From Phoronis australis (lineage: Eukaryota; Animalia; Phoronida), in NCBI GenBank assembly GCA_002633005.1, contig NMRA01000266.1:453925-517924 (forward strand): a DNA stretch of 64,000 nt, read 5' to 3'. A program made the position numbers and the translations under genes. Under the pieces are notes generated by a model. That model worked only from the letters and a program-made list of their open reading frames with translations. It was not told the origin of the DNA and ran no database searches. Shown here piece after piece: positions 40,601 through 49,337 of this stretch. Every line of letters starts with the position of its first letter. Positions within the stretch are counted from its first letter, which is position 1.

Positions 40601-41929
40601 TAAAACCTAGTCAAAGTCACGTGCTGTCATTTAAAATGCGCAGCAATATCTCACGTAATCTCGCGAAGTCTTGGTTTTTAGCGAGGTCCTAGATTTACTG
40701 AACAGGAGGCTGGTCAGGTGGAAGACAGTCACATGTGGCTTCATGTGCATAGCTTTCTTGATCTTTTTTCATGATTCACTGTGTTTTGCTGTCAAGTATC
40801 ATGATGTTATTCTATTGGATCTAATGTTGTGAATAGACCCATAGAGTTTAGAAATGGCGTAACCACATCTCCATCTCAAAGCAGTTTGAGGAAGTCTTTT
40901 TTCAATGGCATGCTTCAATATGATATTGGAAGTGCAGTACGTCAAACCAAACGTATTCGGTCAAAATGACCCAGAATTCCATGTCATAATGTCTGAGCGG
41001 AAGCTCAATTCATCACCGGAGTAGTCTCCCCTGATGACTGAGAATGAAGAGTAATTAACAGTAAAGTGGCTGAGTCATTATAAAATTAGACTTTTTGTCC
41101 TCAGGTCGGTCATAAAAATATTTCTCTTTGCCCTTACCTGACCCTACTTTAAACATCCGGGTGGGTAGTTTGCAAAAAATTATAACTTCATACGCTAACT
41201 GTGCCACTGTTTTTCAACCAATGAGCCACGCCTTCTTCAAGAGTCTTGAGAAATCAACAACTAGGGTTTGCGATTTCGTTGAAGGGTTTTTTCACGCTTT
41301 TTGTAACGAAACGAGTAAGTTGCCATTAAAGCGATGTCATCAATCAAACAAACGTGCAAGATTGATTAATGTAGCAACTGAAAAGTGAAAGGAATTTTGT
41401 CGATAGAATTTTCCAAGTCCGCGTGTTTTTAGCGGATCTTTCGGGTAAGGGCAGACATACTTTATTTTTAGTTCTGCCACATAACAGTTGATATATGTTT
41501 TCTGAATTAACCATCATGGCTGGGAGGTGGTACTATGTCTCATTACCTTTGTCTTGTGCTGTTGGCTATGAGCCAAAAAATTCTTTGAAATTTTACTGAT
41601 TGTTTGACAGTTGTTTAGAAAACTACAAACTGGTATTTGCATGTATTTCTTGCGGTTGTTTTCAGGTTATTCTGTCGCTGCCTAAAGTTGCCGACCGCGT
41701 TAGAAGCATCCACACACTGACCCTGAGAAAGTTTAAAATGGAGGAAAAACGACAGTCCGTCAAATCCAAATTAGCCTCGTCCAGAACAATGACGACTCCT
41801 GCTACGCCTGGTCATACCCGTAGGGTGCAGCCTGAGTGGGTGATGCGACGAGACAAAGTGAATAGTGTCATATGCCCCCTGGTGGCAGTAAACTATCTAC
41901 TCTCAGCTCTCCAACTCGGGCCTAAATGA
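13644..41929 (+). CDS. ASPM: Abnormal spindle-like microcephaly-associated protein (ASH domain, disordered region, 2 CH domains, IQ array, C-terminal HEAT/Arm-like region), about 3,240 aa
   Basis: Coding exons: 13644-13713, 14467-14584, 16129-16288, 16831-16965, 17716-20035, 20376-20489 (duplicate at 20769-20882), 21369-21524, 22199-22435, 23704-23771, 24126-24267, 25090-25220, gap/25499-25600, 26078-26223, 26693-26778, 26945-27154, 28747-29013, 30149-30349, 30587-34317, 34755-34908, 35692-35841, 36508-36699, 37497-37689, 39169-39323, 39661-39813, 41666-41929. Phases are continuous apart from the gap-truncated exon. Diagnostic peptides: [85 protein letters not shown]. Confidence 0.97.
15803..16041 (-). 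mobile_element. tRNA-derived SINE, family 1 copy 2
   Basis: A box and B box (GGTTCGAGTCC) on the minus strand; perfect 10-bp TSD TACAGTTAAT (15793-15802 and 16042-16051). Confidence 0.85.
17716..20035 (+). CDS. ASPM: ASPM large N-terminal exon (S/T-P-rich disordered region)
   Basis: 2,320-nt open exon between TTCCAG and GTAGC; many S/T-P sites; VSPDSFLMD motif. Confidence 0.9.
20271..21054 (+). repeat. About 391-bp tandem duplication across an N gap, containing one ASPM exon (probable haplotype/assembly artefact)
   Basis: 20271-20661 and 20663-21054 are near identical and separated by the N at 20662; differences seen are two synonymous SNPs and one homopolymer A. Confidence 0.85.
22531..23025. 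mobile_element. MITE family A, long form (495 bp)
   Basis: TIR CAGGGCTTGGAAT / ATTCCAAGCCCTG; flanked by GATAAA on both sides; homologous over its length to 28002-28496. Confidence 0.8.
24361..24606. mobile_element. MITE family A, short form (degenerate)
   Basis: CAGGGCTTTGAAT ... GTCATTCCTAGCCATG; internal similarity to 25779-26020 and 36867-37094. Confidence 0.6.
25779..26020. mobile_element. MITE family A, short form (left end missing)
   Basis: Shares GATTTCCTCTT..TTTGGTTTCAATTTC body with 24361-24606; ends in TCCAAGCCCTG. Confidence 0.55.
26828..26871. repeat. (ATT)n microsatellite
   Basis: Imperfect ATT run in an ASPM intron. Confidence 0.8.
27497..27692. repeat. 19-bp minisatellite (GACCTACTGATGAACTCAT) in two sub-arrays
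   Basis: About 3 units from 27497 and about 5 units from 27591; both sub-arrays end in CTAAAAGCATT. Confidence 0.9.
28002..28496. mobile_element. MITE family A, long form (495 bp)
   Basis: Same TIRs and length as 22531-23025; no clear TSD. Confidence 0.8.
30587..34317 (+). CDS. ASPM: ASPM giant IQ-repeat exon (equivalent of vertebrate exon 18)
   Basis: 3,731-nt open exon with about 51 IQxxxR-type motifs counted by eye. Confidence 0.97.
36075..36178. repeat. Dispersed ~105-bp repeat, copy 1
   Basis: GGGATGCTATTG...AAGGCACAGGCACCTTT...GATCGAGG recurs at about 38896-39003. Confidence 0.6.
36867..37094. mobile_element. MITE family A, short form (contains N gap at 37038)
   Basis: CAGGGCTTAGATTTT ... 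CATTCCAAGCCCTG termini. Confidence 0.65.
38013..38579. mobile_element. MITE family B, possibly PIF/Harbinger (Tourist)-like
   Basis: About 40-bp TIRs AGGGCTGTTCCAGTAAAATCTGTATGGGAGGGGGGAAGGC / GCCTTCCCCCCCACACAGATTTTGCTGGAACAGCCCT; internal ACCACC repeats. Confidence 0.75.
38896..39003. repeat. Dispersed ~105-bp repeat, copy 2
   Basis: Homologous to 36075-36178. Confidence 0.6.
40421..40490 (-). mobile_element. tRNA-like head of a second SINE family (or tRNA pseudogene)
   Basis: Minus strand reads GACTCGGTGGTGTAGAGG...CCCTAGTTCAATCCCAG, with A-box and B-box at tRNA-like spacing; cloverleaf is degenerate. Confidence 0.5.
40577..40703. mobile_element. Small foldback MITE
   Basis: Inverted arms GTTCAGTAGACGCTAGGACCTAGCTAAAACC / GGTTTTTAGCGAGGTCCTAGATTTACTGAAC. 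Confidence 0.65.
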
Positions 41930-42612
41930 GGTGTCAGACTTGGAAAAAATACTATTGAAAAAAATATATTTTTCTTTTTGAATTATTTTTTAGCTGGAAT
42001 ATTTTCATCGCCTTGTTTGTTTTATAGCAATTTTTAGCACTCATTGGATTTTATGTTTGCAAATTTCAAATCTGCATATTTTGGTAGGCTTGCTATCAGT
42101 GATTTCCTTTTAGTCTTTTGGGATTTAGCAAAGTTATTTAACTTGTGTTCTTTTAAAATGCCTGTAAGAATGTGACAGCTGAATGTGTGAGGTTTTATTG
42201 ACATTTTTGTACTGCAGCATGTATCAAGGCAGGTGATAGATTTTAGGGAAGTTTTCAAACTGTTTCAAATACAAATCTGGAAGTTACGCGTTTCTTGTTT
42301 TTTCCCTGCATATAGTGTGTAGCGTATTATCGGGGAATTCCGTAAGAGTTCCCAGTTGGTGTAATTGTCCATCACGTACCATCGCCATGGGCGGGAAGAG
42401 TCGTGATTTTTGAGACGGCGTATCTGTCGTTCGATCGAGCAGATGGCGAGTGTACGCTGTATAAATCTTAACAAGACACACCACACCTGCATACCTACTA
42501 AAATTGCCTTTTCACCGTTTCTTATTAAAACGTTAATTAATACAGTGCAGGTGCTCGCTCATTTTTATTTCGTCGGTTAAAGTCATTGTATGGTTACAAG
42601 CAGTATGGGGCT

Positions 42613-45600
42613 TCAAGGTCTCCTTGAGATGGACGCCACGACCTGAAACAAGAACATTATACTGTACATCGGTGTGTCAGTCGTTGAATTTTCGACGGTA
42701 TAAATATTTACGTAGATGTTACATCCTCATCCTTCAGACTCCATCTTACACTTCCAACGAGCACTCGTATTCCATAGACCAAGCCCAGTCTCCAAGCATG
42801 CACACATGTCAAGATTTAGGCCTATTTTTTATTTAAGTCAGCTTGTAGTATTAAAATTCAGAACATTTGATAGTCGTCGATATGTATTCAGATTCTATAC
42901 AATTGAAATGTTAAATATGACGTCATTTATGACCATAGACATCTTAATGATGATGTCTATGTTTATGATGTTTTGGACCCACTGCAACGCATGTCTATTG
43001 TTATTTCCGGGTCCAAATTGCGTCATCTGCTGCCATGACACGTCACCACTAAACACCCGACTAGTGTTATTTGTCTACGTGTACCTACCTTTGCCCACCC
43101 TTCGACAAATTCTCCTTGTGTCACCTTGCCGTCCTCTGAAAACGTTGAAAACTTGTATGAAACATGTTCACGTCCGTTGAGACTATCTGTACACGTCAGA
43201 AAAAATGTCCAATTTTGGCCAAGTTCGGAGCATCACATCGCACAAGTGGCTGGTTGGATTCAAATGAAATTTTCGTGCTTTATTCACTGTTCTCTAAAAC
43301 TCTGCTGTTACGGTTTGTTATATATTTTCCGCTTTTGCATGAGGTGCTATTAAAAACAGAACATGTATTATTTTTATTAAAAAGATTACATAAAACGAAA
43401 CGATAATTTAGAAAACTATAGGCTTTTTGAGATTACATCTTGAACATTTATATCGTACAAAAATTTGTTCATTTATTGATCCTATTGTTTTACTATGAGT
43501 GTACGTTTCTTTTTTACTATTTTTTTAAAAGCATGGTCACGTGACAAATTGATGGAAGACTGGTGTAAAATCAAACAAAAATACAATTTTACAGAATTTC
43601 TGCTTTCCGAAAATATGTACTTTTGCAGAGTTACGTAATATAGTTTCGTAGATGTTTGGTTAAGTGCATATTCCACTAAGAAAAGAGACAGTTCGCGCCA
43701 GGCCAACTTGATGTCCTTATTCTTGATATACACGGTTCCACGACCACAAAGCACACCAGCCCGTTGTATTGGACCTGTTATTGACTAAATAAAATTCAAA
43801 CGACCGCGTGACATATTGACACGGTGCTTTCGAAAGTTCACTAATGACGACAGAGAAAGTGCAAGAAAAAAAGATTGAAAAGACTGAAAAATCCACATCG
43901 ACTAAAAATGTTTGAATTAACAAAACAACATTGTGAATAATAGCGCCATCTACTTACTGCTTATATCGAGTGCCAGGAAGAGAGATCGCAAGTCACTTTT
44001 CTTGTCCAGACGATCGTCGCTATTGACGTCAAGCTTTCCATAGAGGCGTTTGGTTGTGGCGACGTCATTGTAGCGCCTCGTGACCCAGAGTTTAACAAAC
44101 TCTCCGGCGTCCACCGTACCGTCTCCTGGTGTGGTATTAGTTTAGAATTTTTCATGCCCAAATTGTTTTGAACTTCTTAACTTGCGCAATGTTATATATT
44201 GGTTCTAAGTACACTTTGGTCATAGTCAAAAATATTTTTGCATTCAACGTGGATACTAGTTATGTTTAAAAAGACAATTGGGAAGACGTGCTTCTCGTAC
44301 TACTTGATAAAAGTGAGATGTATCAAAATAACGCCATAATAGCCACAATTTTGGTTATTCAGCGCTTCTTTGAAATAACACCTTATCAAAGGATCGAAGT
44401 TTTGGGGAGTGTAAGTCATTTACATTTGTTAGAATCATTTAGTTCAATTATACCCACGTGATCCATTTGTCCTTACCATTGAGGTCAAATAATTGAAACG
44501 TCTGGTCAAATTCGTCCTCGGTCATTTCGCCATCGGCATTCTTGTCACCGCGGGAGAACATCAGCACGTATGGTACGTCGCTAAGAAGCTTTAAAAAGAC
44601 GTTATCGACATCGCAACTGTAACGTGACGCTAAAAACGTTATTCTGGTAGATTGAAAGCTTTTCTCTGTTTTGGCAGACGTGAATGGCTTACACCGTGAA
44701 AAGTTCTTACAACAGAAATTGAACATTGGTGCTTTGATAACTTGTAGGATAATCTTATCTCAAAACTAGAACTCCGCCTTAGTTTTATTTTGTTCGCACT
44801 CGATGTCTTGGGTTCAGGAGATTGTCTCGTTCAACTGGCTTTCAGTAAATCACTTACCAACTGAAACCTACGAAGGAACTCACGATCCGTAATCTCGCCG
44901 TTTTCTGTAAGTACAAATAATAACAACGATTTGCGAAAACATTCGATGTAAACGACACGACCCAGACGAATCCTAAGAAAAAACTCTAGCACTCTCGCTA
45001 GATAACGGACAACAATATCATGAGATTTGACACTTTTTAGAATGGAAGCTTTTAGTATGTTTCGGTCGTACTCAACAAGCAAAAATGTCACCAAGACTGC
45101 GTACTGTCAGTATCGAGATTTTTGTAGAGAGCCGTCACGTCAGTTTTGTCAAACACGCCGTCCCCGTTGGAGTCCAGAAGGGAGAAAGCAGCCACTGATT
45201 CCTCCTCGGACGCACTTGTGGCTATCTGCCATTGTTTAACGAACTCTTTCCGGTCGACACCTTTGTTTCCTACACAGGGGCAAAATGGAGAACAGGGATT
45301 AACTACAGAATAATAACGCTCGTAAAATGACAGCATTGGCATTTACTTACACAAATAGCAGAGATGTTTCAAGTGACAAGCGCTACAGCGCCCTCTGCAC
45401 AAAGTTATAAGGTTCCGCGCCTAAATCTCTGCAAAATAGTTCTAACCACAATCGTTTAAGGTACAGAAACTCAGTAATTGTTCATAAGCAGTGCTGATTT
45501 AAACAAAAATAGATTATTCACCGGTACAGAACATGTAAAACGCAATGTTTTTAAAAAGGTAATCTAGATGTAAGTGACGTGACAATGGTATTTTTGTTAA

Positions 45601-46964
45601 AAAGATCGAAATAGTATTTCAGGATGACGGTGAGGCCGGTGATGGTGACGAGAATAATCAGTGGTGATAATAATGATGGTGACGGTGGTGGAAGCGGCGA
45701 TGTTGATGGTGATGGTGTTGATGATGATGATTATAATGATGATAACGATGGTGGTGGTGATGGTGTTGATGATGATGATTATAATGATGATAACGATGGT
45801 GGTGGTGATGATGATGGGGATAGCGATGCCTGGTAGTGATGGTGGAGGTAGCGGATGAAAAGATGACGATGGTAACTTCCTACCGTCACTGTCGTATTTT
45901 GAAAAGGTGTTGGCCAGTTCTTCCCGTGATATCAACCCATCGTCATTCCGGTCGACTAGTGAGTAAATGATACGAACAAGTTTCTTTGACTTTTCTTCAT
46001 GTCTATGGCGAATTAGCATCTAATCATTACGTATCCTCCAATTAAAACAAAGCGACCCCTGCTGGGAGACCGTCACATATTACCAGATCAAAGATGAACG
46101 AGACAGTTTCTGCAAAAGAACTATAGAGGTCATGAAAGTCCTGTTTTTATACCCCCTCATACTGAAGTGGAACAATTTAAAATCAAGTCCTAACGAAGTT
46201 TTTGAGAATAACGCATAAGGCGTAGTATCTTTGAAATTATAAAATAGTAAAACTAGTAAAACTAAAATGACGAGCGATGCGCTCTTTCTCAAGGGTGTGC
46301 GGCAGACTGCTGAATACATGTGGATAGATATAAGATAAAATAAAATAAAATGGCACAGGGGACCACCTAGTGAAATTGATGCTCAAATTTGGCCATTTTA
46401 TAGGGTTTGATTTCTGAGCTGAAGATGAAGGACATTTTTTATAAACTCCTCCAGAATCCGGAAATCAATAAATCTGAATTACGGCACAGTTTCACGAAAT
46501 TCGAAAAAAAAAAAACAATGGCCTTATTTGTTATTTTTCGTTTTTTAAGCGCTCACTGTGCTGCCAAAATGTTCACAATTGCATCGTGCGTTTGCTGGTG
46601 ACAGCCATATTGTGAAAGTTTCCAAATAATGAAGTGAAATTGGTTTCTTGTTTGCTCCTGTTGAAAATTTTGATAAAATAAAAATTCAATATCCCGCCGC
46701 TATAGTTGGTTTCATTTCAAGACACTTCACCGTATTTCAAAAAGAGGAAAAGATGAGATCTAGTTTCGTAAAAAGAAGTGGTTGAAATAAAATGCATTGC
46801 TCTCTGATACACGTGTCAGTAAAATGGGATTGAACTGACTATAGAATTTCTGAACTGCATTTCTTTTAATGGAATTTAATCAGTAGGTATAATATTAGAA
46901 ATTTGGCAGACCTGACGCAGACAGCAACAGCGAAGAAAACACATGTCAGGACTATTGATCTCAT
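42613..46964 (-). CDS. Probably secreted calcium-binding protein with 8 EF-hand loops (2 x 4), about 246 aa; resembles invertebrate IMSP5-like EF-hand proteins
   Basis: Exons 46964-46912 (MRSIVLTCVFFAVAVCV, signal-like, weak donor, least certain), 46002-45884, 45269-45105, 44904-44858, 44588-44477, 44125-43958, 43135-43089, 42642-42613 total 741 nt in frame. Loops: DRNDDGLISREE, DSDGNKGVDRKE, DSNGDGVFDKTD, DTDKNGEITDRE, DKNADGEMTEDE, DLNGDGTVDAGE, DVNSDDRLDKKSD, DISKDGKVTQGE. Minus-strand AATAAA at 42569-42564. Confidence 0.8.
45624..45872. repeat. Imperfect (GAT/GGT)n trinucleotide repeat in an intron of the EF-hand gene
   Basis: Low-complexity GAT/GGT/AAT triplets with an internal duplicated block. 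Confidence 0.85.
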
Positions 46965-49099
46965 GTTGTAGAGCTCCTGGAAGCAAAGAAATTATTAGAT
47001 AATCTTTCCTACCTCGGTCAACGAATAAAAGGCATCACGTAGTTTTAGGAATTTAAGAGAACAACGCTAATACTTATTTTATTTGAGGCCGCAGTGGTGT
47101 GCTTCTAAATTTTAAATTGCGAGATACTTTAACCAGAAAATTTGTGTTTACACTCCACAGTTTTTCGGGTGATAAAAATTCTAAAATATTCACGAAACGA
47201 TAAATTCAGCTCGGCGCTATGTGCCTCCTTTGACTACAACAGCTGATGACCTTTCGCAGAGTTAGACAGAGTTTGAGTCTTTCAAACAATGAACATTATT
47301 CTGACACAGAGCCACATGGCGGCTGTAGTTGAATGCCAGTTCACTCGGAATACATGCATGTAGATATGACAGGTATATCAAAAATAACAATAAAATAGTG
47401 ACATCAGTTAAAATACCTATTTGACTCACCTTTTACCGTACGTGTGCGGACTAGGGCAACGATAGGCTTCAACCAACTGTTGCGGGGAGTGTTTCTCCCA
47501 CGGGGACACATCTCGTTGTCATGTAAATCTACCCAGATAACCGACAAATACTTGTACATGTCGAAGATAATGTTTAGATAAACAAGGAATAAAGCAGATA
47601 CCACACATCTGTCCGGGTATTCGTGACTTTCTTTTGTTTTTAGTAAAGTTATGCGACTTGATAATTCATCATTTGGCAGTGATAAATTTTAGTCACCTCT
47701 ATGAATTAGCGAGCGCTACATATCCTAGCGATCAATGGGCTGTTATTCGGAGAACGACCTTTCAAAAACGTTAAATGAAAGTGGGCGTCGGAAAAGGGGG
47801 CGTATTTTCGAAATCAGTGAACTGCCCTTTCATACAGCGCTAATAGGGTTTTTTCAGGTCATGATTCTTGTTGGTGACTTTTTAAAGTCACCAACAAGAA
47901 TCATGTCTCAATACCGCCATTTGAGTGAAACCGCGATCCCAAAATCTAATGTCTTGCCAAAATAACGAACATTTTATGCATCAAAACTTATTGCAAATCC
48001 CTCAGAGACTAATCAAGCAGATTCCCAGTAGGATACTATTGTGATGCATACTAAAGAAGGTCTCTATGCGGCGCCAGACGCGAGACCTGATGAGGCAGAC
48101 GGCATAGCTTTACGACCCTTTAAGATTGGATTCGGTAAAATTATAGCTTTAGACGGTATAAACCATTGATTTATGTCGCAAACATAATGACGGAAAATAC
48201 GGTTTTAATGTGGTTTAAATTGATAAACATCGATGCGGCAACTAGAGATCGTTCAACGAATGACCCAAAAGAAATCCCGGAAGGGGTTTCCCGCCTCGTT
48301 TTCGTAGTCACACGTCATTTGACAGTCGAACGAGAAACATGGACGACTTCAGTGTTAGGAAAAATGTTAAAGACGACCGTTATGTTTGCTTATATTGTGG
48401 CGCCCATAGGTGATCTAGAACAACCATGAAGTCACGATGTATAAGACCAACATTGGTGCTCGCTCGTCTGGTCTTTTTGTTGTATTGGTAAGCTTTTTCA
48501 ATTCATTTTTACTTTACGAATGAGCGAACCTACCAGACAGGCGACAGATGTCAGACTAAGCAATGACCATCGCCTCTGTTGGCCCGAAGCAGAGGTGATG
48601 TAGAGGCTATAGGCTCTCTGTACGCCGGAAGCTTTTCGGCGAATTATGCCTCGCACCGACTAAACCATCAAAGTCACGTTGTTATAAATACCTTTTGCGC
48701 ATAGAGGAACATCTTAGGAGGTTGTCGATGTGTTTAATTCCTTCCAACTCGAACAAATACTCCCGTTATGAAACTTTTTCTTCGAGCAGTCCCTATTTCA
48801 GTTCCCAAAATCGTGAAATCAACTTTTTCATTTTTTTAACCAGGCGGAAGGTCAGAAGTTGCGGACCTACCGGCGAACTTTGAAAGCTGAAGTTCCCGCC
48901 CTTCGCGTACGTGCTGCCGGTAACCAGCCGTGCATTTGCCGTGTTGTTAAACATTAAAATGTCAAATTTGTGCACAAAGACTATTAAATGTCATATCATT
49001 GAAATACTATCAGTTTCAAGTAACACCAATTAAAGACAAGTATAAGTGGTGGCATTTTGGAAACGAACATTTGACTGACAAGACCGCAACGGCTCACCT

Positions 49100-49337
49100 T
49101 TGGCCTATTTAAAGATTGAGGTCATGAATTGGAGCGTGCGCAGTATAAAAATGGTGAGGAAATTGCCGCTTTGTCGCGTAAAGTCACGATGTCGCTACTT
49201 CCGTAACTCACCGGCAATTTCCGTAACCGTCCTTGACCTCGACGGGCCTAGGGAGAACGTGTGTGGGGGGTTTTTGTGAACATTTTTGTTCTTTGACTGC
49301 GAATTTCTTACGAAGTCGCCGTAACAGGACACCGTGA
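49100..49337 (+). promoter_or_regulatory. Probable promoter and first exon of the downstream + strand gene
   Basis: CpG-rich segment with TATAAAAA near 49144 and TTCCGTAAC twice, ending in ATG|GTATTG at 49338-49346. Confidence 0.4.

Noticed and set aside
43482-43775. Candidate last exon of the EF-hand gene (KNKDIKLAWRELSLF)
   Set aside because: It does not complete the eighth loop; exon 43135-43089 does so and matches the 47-nt paralogous exon.
45597-45883. Poly-Ile/Thr, Asp/Gly-rich or Met/Val-rich ORFs
   Set aside because: These translate an intronic trinucleotide repeat downstream of the donor at 45883.
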